DNA from: Cyanophora paradoxa CCMP329
Taxonomy: Eukaryota; Plantae; Glaucophyta
Assembly (NCBI GenBank): GCA_004431415.1
Contig: QPMI01000338.1
Coordinates: 1 to 54,258, forward strand
DNA: 54,258 nt
Direction of reading: 5' to 3'
Position 1 is the first letter of the stretch. Every line of letters starts with the position of its first letter. Below are positions 1-11,041 of the stretch, piece after piece. Under the pieces are notes generated by a model. The model saw only the letters and a program-made list of their open reading frames with translations. It had not been told where the DNA came from and did not search any database. Both the position numbers and the translations under genes were made by a program.

Positions 1-3000
1 GGCCCAGGTCCGTCAGCTCGGGCGCAGCGCGGGGCGGGGGAGCCGACAGCGTCCCGCAGGTCTAGCGCGCGAGCTGGGGCGAGGCGGGCGGTGCGCGGGG
101 CTCGGTGGCGGCGTCACTTCCGGCCCAGGTCCGTCAGTCGGGCGCAGCGCGGGGCGCGGGGGGCCGACAGCGTCCCGCAGGTCTAGCGGCGCGAGCTGGG
201 GCGAGGCGGGCGGCGCGCGGGGGCTCGGCGACGGCGTTCACTTCCGGCCCAGGTCCGTCAGCTCGGGCGCAGCGCGGGGCGGCGGGAGGGCCGACAGCGT
301 CCCGCAGGTCTAGCGGCGCGGGCTGGGGCGAGGCGGGCGGCGCGCGGGGGCTCGGTGGCGGCTTCACTTCCGGCCCAGGTCCGTCAGCTCGGGCGCAGCG
401 CGGGGCGGCGGGAGGGCCGACAGCGTCCCGCAGGTCTAGCGGCGCGAGCTTGGGCGAGGCGGGCGGCGCGCGAGGGCTCGGCGGCGGCTTCACTCCCGGC
501 CCAGGTCCGTCAGCACGGGCGCAGCGCGGCGGCGGGAGGGCGACAGCGTCCCGCAGGTCTAGCGCGCGAGCTGGGGCGAGGCGGGCGGTGCGCGGGGGCT
601 CGGTGGCGGCGTCACTTCCGGCCCAGGTCCGTCAGCTCGGGCGCAGCGCGGGGGCGGGAGGGCCGACAGCGTCCCGCAGGTCTAGCGGCGCGAGCTGGGG
701 CGAGACGGGCGGCGCGCGGGGGCCCGCGGCGGCGTCACTGCGGGTCCGGGTCCGTAAGCGCGGTGCGGCGCCGGGCGGCGGTGAGGCCGACAGCGTCCCA
801 GCAGGTCTAGCGGCGCGGCTGGGGGAGGCGGGCGGTGCGCGGGGCTCGGTGCGGCGTCACTTCGCCCAGGTCCGTCAGCTCGGGCGCAGCGCGGGGGCGG
901 TGAGGCCGACAGCGTCCCGCAGGTCTAGCGGCGCGAGCTGGGGCGAGGCGGGCGGTGCGCGGGCTCGGTGGCGGCGTCACTTCCGGCCCAGGTCCGTCAG
1001 TTCGGCGCAGCGCGGGGCAGCAGGGGCCGACAGCGTCCCGCAGGTCTAGCGCGCGAGCTGGGCGAGGCGGGTGGGCAGGGGCACGGCGGCGGTTCACTTC
1101 CGGCCCAGGTCCGTCAGCTCGGGCGCAGCGCGGGGCGGCGGAGACCGACAGCGTCCCGCAGGTCTAGCGGCGCGAGCTGGGGCGAGGCGGGTGGCGCACG
1201 AGGGCTCGGCGGCGGCTTCACTTCCGGCCCAGGTCCGTCAGCTCGGGCGCAGCGCGGGGCGGCGGAGGGGCCGACATCGTCCCGCAGGTCTAGCGGCGCG
1301 AGCTGGGGCGAGGCGGGCGGCGCGCGGGGGCTCGGCGGCGGCGTCACTTCCGGCCCAGGTCCGTCAGCTTGGGCGCAGCGCGGGGCGGCGGGAGGGCCGA
1401 CCGCGTCCCGCAGGTCTAGCGGCGCGAGCTGGGGCGAGGCGGGCGGCGCGCTGGGGCACGGCGGCGGCTTCACTTCCGGCCCAGGTCCGTCAGCTCGGGC
1501 GCAGCGCGGGGCAGCAGGGGGGCCGACAGCGTCCCGCAGGTCTAGCGGCGCGAGCTGGGGCGAGGCGGGCGGCGCGCGGGGGCTCGGCGGCGGCTTGTCT
1601 TCAGGTCCAGGCCCGTCAAATCGGGCGCAGCGCGGGGCGGCAGTGAGGCCGACAGCGTCCCGCAGGTCTAGCGGCGCGAGCTGGGGCGAGGCGGGCGGCG
1701 CGCGGGGGCTCGGCGGCGGCTTGTCTTCAGGTCCAGGCCCGTCAAATCGGGCGCAGCGCGGGACGGCGGTGAGGCCGACAGCGTCCCGCAGGTCTAGCGG
1801 CGCGAGCTGGGGCGAGGCGGGCGGTGCGCGGGGGCTCGGTGGCGGCGTCACTTCCGGCCCAGGTCCGTCAGCTCGGGCGCAGCGCGGGGCAGCAGGGGGG
1901 CCGACAGCGTCCCGCAGGTCTAGCGGCGCGAGCTGGGGCGAGGCGGGCGGCGCGCGGGGGCTCGGCGACGGCTTCACTTCCGGCCAGGTCCGTCAGCTCG
2001 GGCGCAGCGCGGGCGGCGGGAGGCCGACAGCGTCCCGCAGGTCTAGCGGGGCGAGCTGGGGCGAGGCGGCGGCGCGCGGGGCTCGGTGGCGGCTTCACTT
2101 CCGGCCCAGGTCCGTCAGCTCGGGCGCAGCGCGGGGCGGCGGGAGGGCCGACAGCGTCCCGCAGTCTAGCGGCGCGAGCTTGGGCGAGGCGGGCGGCGCG
2201 CGAGGGCTCGGCGGCGGCTTCACTCCGGCCCAGGTCGTCAGCACGGGCGCAGCGCGGGGCGGCGGGAGGGCCGACAGCGTCCCGCAGGTCTAGCGGCGCG
2301 AGCTGGGCGAGGCGGGCGGCGCGCGGGGCTCGGCGGCGGCTTCACTTCCGCCCAGGTCCGTCAGCTCGGGCGCAGCGCGGGGCGGCGGGGGGCCGACATC
2401 GTCCCGCAGGTCTAGCGGCGCGAGCTGGGGCGAGGCGGGTGGCGCACGGGGGCACGGCGGCGGCTTGTCTTCAGGTCCAGGTCCGTCAAATCGGGCACAG
2501 CGCGGGGCAGCAGGGGGGCCGACAGCGTCCCGCAGGTCTAGCGGCGCGAGCTGGGGCGAGGCGGGCGGTGCGCGGGGGCTCGGTGGCGGCGTCACTTCCG
2601 GCCCAGGTCCGTCAGCTCGGGCGCAGCGCGGGGCGGCGGGAGGGCCGACAGCGTCCGCAGGTCTAGCGGCGCGAGCTGGGGCGAGGCGGTGGCGCACGAG
2701 GGCTCGGCGGCGGCTTCACTTCCGGCCCAGGTCCGTCAGCTCGGCGCAGCGCGGGCGGCGGAGGGGCCGACATCGTCCCGCAGGTCTAGCGGCGCGAGCT
2801 GGGGCGAGGCGGGCGGCGCGCGGGGCTCGGTGGCGGCGTCACTTCCGGCCCAGGTCCGTCAGCTCGGCGCAGCGCGGGGCGCGGAGGGCCGACCGCGTCC
2901 CGCAGGTCTAGCGGCGCGAGCTGGGGCGAGGCGGGCGGCGCGCGGGGGCTCGGTGGCGGCTTCACTTCCGGCCCAGGTCCGTCAGCTCGGGCGCAGCGCG

Positions 3001-5420
3001 GGGCGGCGGGAGGGCCGACAGCGTCCCGCAGGTCTAGCGGCGCGAGCTGGGGCGAGGCGGGCGGCGCGCGAGGGCTCGGCGGCGGCTTCACTCCCGGCCC
3101 AGGTCCGTCAGCACGGGCGCAGCGCGGGGCGGCGGGAGGGCCGACAGCGTCCCGCAGGTCTAGCGGCGCGAGCTGGGGCGAGGCGGGCGGCGCGCGGGGG
3201 CTCGGCGGCGGCTTCACTTCCGGCCCAGGTCCGTCAGCTCGGGCGCAGCGCGGGGCGGCGGGGGGGCCGACAGCGTCCCGCAGGTCTAGCGGCGCGAGCT
3301 GGGGCGAGGCGGGTGGCGCACGGGGGCACGGCGGCGGCTTGTCTTCAGGTCCAGGTCCGTCAAATCGGGCGCAGCGCGGGGCGGCGGTGAGGCCGACAGC
3401 GTCCCGCAGGTCTAGCGGCGCGAGCTGGGGCGAGGCGGGCGGTGCGCGGGGGCTCGGTGGCGGCGTCACTTCCGGCCCAGGTCCGTCAGCTCGGGCGCAG
3501 CGCGGGGCGGCGGGAGGGCCGACAGCGTCCCGCAGGTCTAGCGGCGCGAGCTGGGGCGAGGCGGGTGGCGCACGAGGGCTCGGCGGCGGCTTCACTTCCG
3601 GCCCAGGTCCGTCAGCTCGGGTGCAGCGCGGGGCGGCGGAGGGGCCGACATCGTCCCGCAGGTCTAGCGGCGCGAGCTGGGGCGAGGCGGGCGGCGCGCG
3701 GGGGCTCGGTGGCGGCGTCACTTCCGGCCCAGGTCCGTCAGCTCGGGCGCAGCGCGGGGCGGGGAGGCCGACCGCGTCCCGCAGGTCTAGCGCGCGAGCT
3801 GGGGCGAGGCGGGCGCGCGCGGGGGCTCGGTGGCGGCTTCACTTCCGGCCAGGTCCGTCAGCTCGGGCGCAGCGCGGGGCAGCAGGGGGGCCGACAGCGT
3901 CCCGCAGGTCTAGCGGCGCGAGCTGGGGCGAGGCGGGCGGCGCGCGGGGGCTCGGCGGCGGCTTGTCTTCAGGTCCAGGCCCGTCAAATCGGGCGCAGCG
4001 CGGGGCGGCGGTGAGGCCGACAGCGTCCCGCAGGTCTAGCGGCGCGAGCTGGGGCGAGGCGGGCGGTGCACGGGGCTCGGTGGCGGCGTCACTTCCGGCC
4101 CAGGTCCGTCAGCTCGGCGCAGCGCGGGCAGCAGGGGGCCGACAGCGTCCCGCAGGTCTAGCGGCGCGAGCTGGGGCGAGGCGGGCGGCGCGCGGGGCTC
4201 GGTGCGGCGTCACTTCCGGCCCAGGTCCGTCAGCTCGGGCGCAGCGCGGGGCGGCGGGAGGGCCGACAGCGTCCCGCAGGTCTAGCGGCGCGAGCTGGGG
4301 CGAGGCGGGCGGCGCGCTGGGGCACGGCGGCGGCTTCACTTCCGACCCAGGTCCGTCAGTTCGGGCGCAGCGCGGGGCAGCAGGGGGGCCGACAGCGTCC
4401 CGCAGGTCTAGCGGCGCGAGCTGGGGCGAGGCGGGCGGTGCGCGGGGGCTCGGTGGCGGCGTCACTTCCGGCCCAGGTCCGTCAGCTCGGGCGCAGCGCG
4501 GGGCAGCAGGGGGGCCGACAGCGTCCCGAAGGTCTAGCGGCGCGAGCTGGGGCGAGGCGGGTGGCGCACGGGGGCACGGCGGCGGCTTCACTTCCGGCCC
4601 AGGTCCGTCAGCTCGGGCGCAGCGCGGGGCGGCGGGAGGGCCGACAGCGTCCCGCAGGTCTAGCGGCGCGAGCTGGGGCGAGGCGGGTGGCGCACGGGGG
4701 CACGGCGGCGGCTTCACTTCCGGCCCAGGTCCGTCAACTCGGGCGCAGCGCGGGGTGGCGGAGGGGCCGACATCGTCCCGCAGGTCTAGCGGCGCGAGCT
4801 GGGGCGAGGCGGGCGGCGCGCGGGGGCTCGGTGGCGGCGTCACTTCCGGCCCAAGGCCGTCAGCTCGGGCGCAGCGCGGGGCGGCGGGAGGGCCGACAGC
4901 GTCCCGCAGGTCTAGCGGCGCGAGCTGGGCGAGGCGGGTGGCGCACGAGGGCTCGGCGGCGGCTTCACTTCCGGCCAGGTCCGTCAGCTCGGGCGCAGCG
5001 CGGGGCGCGGAGGGCCGACATCGTCCCGCAGGTCTAGCGGCGCGAGCTGGGCGAGGCGGGCGGCGCGCGGGGGCTCGGTGGCGGCGTCACTTCCGGCCCA
5101 GGTCCGTCAGCTCGGGCGCAGCGCGGGGCGGCGGGAGGCCGACCGCGTCCCGCAGGTCTAGCGGCGCGAGCTGGGGCGAGGCGGGCGGCGCGCTGGGGCA
5201 CGGCGGCGGCTTCACTTCCGGCCCAGGTCCGTCAGTTCGGGCGCAGCGCGGGGCAGCAGGGGGGCCGACAGCGTCCCGCAGGTCTAGCGGCGCGAGCTGG
5301 GGCGAGGCGGGCGGCGCGCGGGGGCTCGGCGGCGGCCTCATCTCAGGTCCGGGTCCGTTAGCACGGGCACAGCGCGGGGCGGTGGGAGGGCCGACAGCGT
5401 CCTGCAGGTCGCATGGCGCG
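1..5420. repeat. Tandem repeat, 126-bp unit, about 43 copies, continuing beyond the left edge of the window
   Basis: The motif GCAGGTCTAGC recurs with a period of 126 (CTAG at 1290 and 1416). Several unit variants are interspersed. The repeat degenerates into unique sequence at about 5340-5440. Confidence 0.97.
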
Positions 5421-5890
5421 GTGGGAGGCAAGGCGCGCGGAGTGGTCATGCTCGAGGGCCCCCACATTTGCGTGCGGCCGCAAGCAAGGAGGGCAGCGAT
5501 AGCTCCAAGAGCAATGAGAAGGGGACTGGCCATGGGTAGAAGGGGGATGAGGGGAAGGTGCAGGACGGGATGCGCAGCAGCAGGTTGAATGTGCCACAAG
5601 AGGGCGGCGATGATGGTGAGGAGCTTGGGGGAGTAGTGTGGGTACGGGGCTTTCTTTAAGGGGCCACGGGGGGATATAGTGTCTAGAGCAGTTTGTAGGG
5701 CGTGGCCTGCTAAAGCAGAAACGGTCACTATCGAAATAAATTCTAGGGTTCTGGAGGATGGCCTAGAAGAAGGAGGAAAGGCAGGGTAAACGGTGCAGCC
5801 AGCACAGCCGGGGCCAGGCCCGGTCATCTGAGACATAGAGTGCATGCAGGAGATCAGCCCCGAGCTGCCATAGTGCACAGGAAAGCACAT
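1..5890 (-). CDS. Pro-rich protein with a 42-aa tandem repeat (LDLRDAVGPPAAPRCARADGPGPEVKPPPSPRAPPASPQLAP) preceded by hydrophobic segments; C-terminus lies outside the window
   Basis: The unique ORF 5087-5890 reads in frame into the repeat. Unit variants are mostly synonymous in this frame. Frame breaks coincide with small indels in G/C-rich runs and may be sequencing errors. Confidence 0.6.
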
Positions 5891-8800
5891 GCCATTCGGC
5901 CGCTAGGAAGGCCGGGAAAATAATAGAAAATTCAAGGAGACGGGGTGCGAGAAGGAGAGCAAAGTCGGCGAGGCGGGTCCAAGCGAACGCTGCCCGGCGG
6001 CGTGCCAAAGGGACAAGGCTGGGGAGGGCGAGGGAGGTCGGAGGGGAGGACAGGGCAGGTAAGGAGTTGAAGAAGAGCAGGGCCGGACGAGTCAAGAAAC
6101 CGCCGGCGGCGCCGGGAGAGGAGTGCGAGCAGAAGGATCCCGGCAGCTGGCGGGGGGAGGGGCAGAGGGGTAGGAGGAGGCGGGGGCGGGGGGAGGGAGA
6201 AGGGTGGGAGGGGGGGAGCAGTTGCTCGGGGTGTCCTAAGAGGAGGGGCGGGGGGAGGGCTGGTCGAGGGGGCCGGGTACGAGGGATCAATGAGCCATAG
6301 TGGGGATACGGGAACCGCTGCAATAACGAAGCGGAGGGCGTCGATAAGGTGAGGGGCAGTTGTAAGGGGAGGGAGGGCAAGGAGACAGTGAAGGGAGAGG
6401 ATAAGGAGGGGGGCCCCGCGGTAAGGGCCTCCACATCGACGCCCGCGGGCTCGTCGCGCATGCTGGGCTTGCCGGCGGGCGCGAATGAGGAGGGGACGGT
6501 GGGCGCTGGGAGCGGGATCGGGAAAAACAAGGTGGCGAAGGAAGCGAGCCGACAGCAGGAGGAGAAGCAGCGAGGGGAGGGCGAGGAAGGCGGGGGAGAG
6601 CTGAAGATAAGACGGGGCCTGATAGAAGGGGGAAGAAAGAGGCGGGAGAGGCGGGGAGAGGGGCGGTGCCCTAGGGGTAGTCCACAAGGAAAGAGGGGGT
6701 GGGTCAGGGGGGGCCGAGAGAGGAGGCGACTCCGCGAAGGACACTGCTGAGGGGGTCCAAGGGGGGGAAAGGAGAGTTCTATGTAAGAGCCGGGCAATCA
6801 AGGGATGCAGGGGGGGGTACTCTGAGAGGCGGGGGGGTAACTGGAGGAGAAGTGAGAAAGGGAGTAACGAGAGGGCGAGGAGAAAGGAAAGAAGAAAAAG
6901 GAGAGAGAGGGCGGAGAGGGCGAGGAGCTCGGGGGTTGTGATATGGGGCAGGGGGGGGCACGAGCCGTGCAGGAAGGCATGAAGGGGGGAAATGGGGGCC
7001 GTACAGGAGGAAGGGGGGTCAGGGACTGCCGTTAACGGGCGTCGGCGCGGCTCAGGGGCGGGCTGGGGCGGGGCTCTCGGGCTGGGCGGCGGCGGGTGGC
7101 GTGGCCCTTGAGGCGCCGGGCGAGGAGGGGCGGGCGGGGTCGGGAAGGGAGCGGCCAGACGAGAGCGCGAATCGGACCGTGAGGCGGACACCCCGGGGCG
7201 GGGCAGGAGAGCTGGCGAGGGAGCTGGCCTGCGGAGCCATCGGGCGCGTCCTCACAGCTGCTGGGGGGGGTAAAGAGGGCCAGCTGTTCCGGAGGGCAAG
7301 AGCGGCTGCAACGTTGCGACGTGCCCGCGCCGTCGAGAAGGGAGGACGCGCGGGCAGGGGCGTCAGCGGGCGCAGGGTACGGGGGCGTACACGATTGGAC
7401 TGTGCAGGACGGAGGCCAGGTAGGGGGAGGTCGGGGCGGGAGGGCGTCGCAGCAGAAACCTGCAGCTCAGCCGGTAGGGGTGGGGGGGCGGGGGAGCTGA
7501 AGAAACGACGGAGGCGACGCGGATGACTCTTCCGCGAGGCCCGGGGCCGGCGAGGCGAGGGTCGGCTCTGATAGGGGGAGAAGGGCGAGCGCGGGAGCCA
7601 AGGAGTTGCACCAGCGCGGGCCGGGCAGGGGATAGGGCAGGAGCGGGGGCGGGAGCGGCGAAGGCGCCGGCGGGTGGACCTCGGCAGGGGCCGCCAGGGC
7701 CGGCGACGGCGGCAGAGAGCGGGGCCTAGCAGCGGGGCGGGGCGGCGAGGGGGGCGGAGTAGGCGCGGCGATCGGGGGCCCCGGCGGAGGCCCGGGGGTC
7801 CGGGTTCGACTTCGCGGGGAGCGAGCCCGGCGACATCGTCTAGGCGCCGGCGTCGTCGGACATAGCCCCGGACGCCGATTCCCATGGACAGGCTAAGTGC
7901 CGTGAGTATCCCCACAGCGGTCCAGCTGGGACTAGATAGGAGCCCGAGGATCTCAGAGGCGCAGACGGAGGGAGGGGAAGCCCAGGTGGTGGGTTCAGCT
8001 AGGGGCCCGAGGACCGGAGCGAGGCTGGCCGCCGGCGGGAGGAGGGCGAGGAAAAGAAAAGAAAACAGACCAAGAGTGGAGACACCATGCCGAAGACCCA
8101 GTTTCCTGCGAGGAAGGTGTGGCATGAGAGGGTCGAGGTGGGGAGGCGGGCGGCGTGGCGGGCGGCGTGCAGGCGGGCGGGAGCGCGCGCGCGGCGGAGA
8201 GCGAACAGCAGGGGGGCATCTTACCCCGGTGAGCCTTGCGGCCCCGGGGGATCGACGCGCGGGTTGCCTATCCTCGGAGAGCCGGGCCGCTCGACGACGG
8301 CGTGTGGCCCCGTGGTATCGGCGCAACGGAGGGGACCGGACGGATAGCCAAACCGCGCGACGACGGTGTAAGGCCCCGTTACATCGATCCGCTTGTGATT
8401 TGGGGAGGGGCTTATTCACGGATAGCCAAACCGCTCGACGGCGGTGTAAGGCCCCATGACTTCGGCCAGAGGACGGCATGCCTTTAGCGTCGGCAGCGAA
8501 CGCGGATGGCACGTCGTTCGAACGTCGGCCGCCCGCGCCCGCCACGCAGTGAAAGAGTGGTGATTTGAGAACTGCGGGGCGGGCGTGAGGCCCGGGCGGG
8601 TGGCGCGAACGACGCGCGAGGCGGGGTGATGTCCCTTCGCAAGGGCGCATCGCACGGGGGGTTCTGCAAGCAGAAGGAGCTTGTTCGGTCGGTCGCCGCC
8701 CGGCTCGAGTTCCGTCGCGGGCGGCGTTGGCTTCTTGGTGGTCGCTCGGCTCGAGAGTGAGCGCGGCTCCACATCGTTCGACTCCCTCTGCACCGCCGAG

Positions 8801-9055
8801 CTGCGACGCCGCTTGGATTGCGTCTTGTTGTTGGCGTTGCGTCGCGAGCCTTGTTTTCGGCTCCGGTGTGCTCGGGCGGTGTCCTCCAGCTCCGTTTGGT
8901 GCCGGGAGGCTGTTTATGCTGCTGGACGATGCGCTAGCATCGCCAGTTTCCCGTACGCGCAGGCCCTCGCGATGGCCTGGGTACATCGTTTTCCTATCTA
9001 TAGCTAGCGTCGAGCATGGGGGGAGGGCATGCATACCGGATCCCGAGAGATACAT
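5763..9055 (-). CDS. Overlapping long intronless Pro/Leu/Arg-rich ORFs (7052-9055, 5932-7191, 5763-6797), possibly the frameshifted N-terminal part of the repeat protein
   Basis: Long open frames with several hydrophobic stretches (LGLFSFLFLALL, WTAVGILTALSLSMGI, LLALSALSLLFLLSFLLALSLL). Strong G/A skew on the plus strand. No recognisable domain. Confidence 0.3.
8287..8457. repeat. Three degenerate copies of a ~28-bp motif, CCGC(T/G)CGACG(A/G)CGGYGTRWGGCCCC
   Basis: Copies at 8287, 8353 and 8431, spaced 66 and 78 bp. On the minus strand they read GALHRRRAVWLSV twice, plus one divergent copy. Confidence 0.75.
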
Positions 9056-9539
9056 CTAGCCCTTGTAGAGGCCTAGGCCTAGCAGGTCCGAATATACTCG
9101 GAAGTCCGAATCAATTGGGGCCCCCGGGTCCGGCGCCCAAATTAAATTAAAGGATACATTACTATATATATTGATCTCGAGTCCAGATCAATCGAAACGG
9201 TCGGGGTCCGGCCGCGCCGGGCCGGCCGCGCGGGCGCCCGCGGCCGCGGCCCAGCTGCAGCCGGGCCGGCCTGGGTCGGAATATATATATGTAGAGGAGA
9301 TATCGATGCATATGGGATCCCGCTCAACTTGGCAAGATCTAGAGAGAACGAAATCATGATCAGGCTGAAGGGGAGTCTATTACTAGTGGGGGGGCGGCGA
9401 GGGGGGGGTGGGGGGGGGGGGTAGCGATGAGGGTCCCAGTCAGAGTCGACGTCTCGGAGGTGGGCTGTGCGAACTTCGAATTCGGAAGTCGAATTTAAAG
9501 CAGTTCCCGCGAAATTTAAAAGCTGAGGCGCAAGCTAGA

Positions 9540-10792
9540 AGCCCATCCTTCAATCTGCAGCTGGCGCCGTGCTCGAGCTTGAGCCCTCGCGCTCCGCGGC
9601 GCACGTGGTGTTGCGGATGCAGCCGGCCTCGACGACGTCGTGTTGTGGGCCGGTGAAGGCGACGCCCACCGCGCAGCCCCTCACCACGCTCTCAATCATC
9701 TGAAAATGGGTCTGTCAGACTCTGGCGGCGCGCGTGTCGCAAGCGCGGGCCTGCCTGGACAACGCATGTACGGTGCTTGAAGCTCACGGCGTGATTGCAT
9801 GCGGATATTTCGCTCCTTCTGACTTCCACGGTCGCGCACGGCATATCGCAGACGATGCCGTGCTGCGGCCATGCGCGAGCTTCCGGTCAGCGGCGGGCGG
9901 AGCGGGCGGCGGACGGAGCGAGCGCCGGCGGACGCGCCTGCGGCCTGCAGTCGGTGATGCGGCAAGCGGTGAACGAGAGGGTGGACTGGACGGGCGCCGC
10001 GGCCTCCGCGTGCGTGTTCTCTGACGAGGTGACGCGCACTCCGACGGAGCCCCGCCCATTAATCACGCAATTGTCAAAGCGCCTGCAGCGTGTACGCGTA
10101 CATCAGCTTTGAAGTACGAGTTTTAAAGATTAGAGCGATAAGAGCGCGGAGAGGTGCCATCACCAGTTACAGCCGCTGCCCTTGAAAACCATGCTGCCGC
10201 GCAGCTCCAAGTTCACGAACGTCACCCTCGCCTGCCGCAGAGCGCGCATGATCAGAATCGAATTTGGGTCAGATCTAGAATTTCAAAAGCGCCTTCAAGC
10301 TCGAAGAGCATCTAAAGATGCGCACAGAATTTCCAGTGGCGAGGATGAGAACGCGCGAAGGGGAGTCGGGCTGCAAAATGGTCTGTTTCTCCGAATCGCC
10401 GACGATCGTGAGGGTGCATGCAGTCGACGTCAGATGCCATGATGCCTACGCGCGCCCCGCCGGCCGCACCGCAAATTTCAGGCCGCGTGCGCATGAATTC
10501 AACAGCGTATACGGGCCCGGCTAAATCGCACCTGCAGCGTCGTGCGGCCGCCGGGCTTGGAAAGATGTGCAATCCCTACGAGAGGCGGATCTCGATATTC
10601 TCGCAGCGGTCGCGTTTCGCGCGCTTCCAGGCCTGCGGGGACTTTAAGATTGGCTTTGTGCGCGCGCCGCGGCGCGCGCCTCGAGGCTCGAGCTCGCGAA
10701 GAATCGAAAACGGGTCGCGGCGCCCCGCGCACACGCACGCGCACCGCGGCGATGGTATGAAATCTCGAATTTGCGCCGACGAAGAACGTCAT
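9540..10792 (-). pseudogene. 5' half of beta-helix/BTB gene, copy 1 (BTB part missing)
   Basis: Exons include MTFFVGANSRFHTIAA, ARVTFVNLELRGSMVFKGSGCNW, RFDNCVINGRGSVGVRVTS...STLSFTACRITDC and HGIVCDMPCATVEVRRSEISACNHAVSF. Near-identical to 20200-21020. Homology stops at about 9540. Confidence 0.7.
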
Positions 10793-10927
10793 CGCGGATC
10801 GTGCGGTGCACCGACGGTCCCTGCATGAGGAGCTCGCCGGAATGATTCGATCGAATTTCGCGCGAATTTCGTCTGGGATTTTTGAGGGCCTAGGGATCAA
10901 GAGGCTCGCGGATCAAATCCCGGGCAA

Positions 10928-11041
10928 GTCCTCGTAGCTCAAAGGTTAGAGCGCATGGATCCGGGTCGTTTAATTCCTGCTTCCGAGCGGGCTTGAACTG
11001 GGTCGGTCCAGAAGGTCCAGGTTCGACTCCTGGCGAGGACA
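10928..11041 (+). ncRNA. tRNA-like Pol III RNA, type A, copy 1 (extended hairpin in place of the anticodon arm)
   Basis: Acceptor stem GTCCTCG/CGAGGAC plus A; D-arm GCTC-AAAGGTTA-GAGC; T-arm CCAGG-TTCGACT-CCTGG; A and B boxes; TTTT downstream; 58-nt central segment. Confidence 0.75.

Larger units (their letters stand above)
1..9539 (-). mobile_element. Putative inserted element (retroelement- or virus-like) carrying the giant repeat ORF
   Basis: Apparently intronless in an intron-dense genome, with a distinct composition. It abuts the point (about 9540) where beta-helix gene copy 1 is cut off. No reverse transcriptase, integrase or transposase motif is seen within the window. Confidence 0.3.

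Noticed and set aside
105-5588. Plus-strand Gly/Ala/Arg-rich ORFs across the 126-bp repeat
   Set aside because: These are shadow frames of GC-rich DNA. The in-frame unique lead-in with hydrophobic segments supports the minus frame. The antisense frame sharing the same codon register was not formally excluded.
7795-7850. 2A-like ribosome-skipping motif (REVEPGPPG) or the repeat's DGPGP
   Set aside because: Neither matches the required D(V/I)ExNPGP consensus.
8287-8457. Hammerhead ribozyme array of a Penelope-like element
   Set aside because: No CTGANGA...GAAA core was found on either strand.
10954-10966. Calling the tRNA-like gene an intron-containing tRNA-Arg(CCG) or tRNA-Pro(CGG)
   Set aside because: The Arg register gives only 3 stem pairs, A32 and no A20. 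The Pro register lacks U33. Type B copies do not conserve either register.
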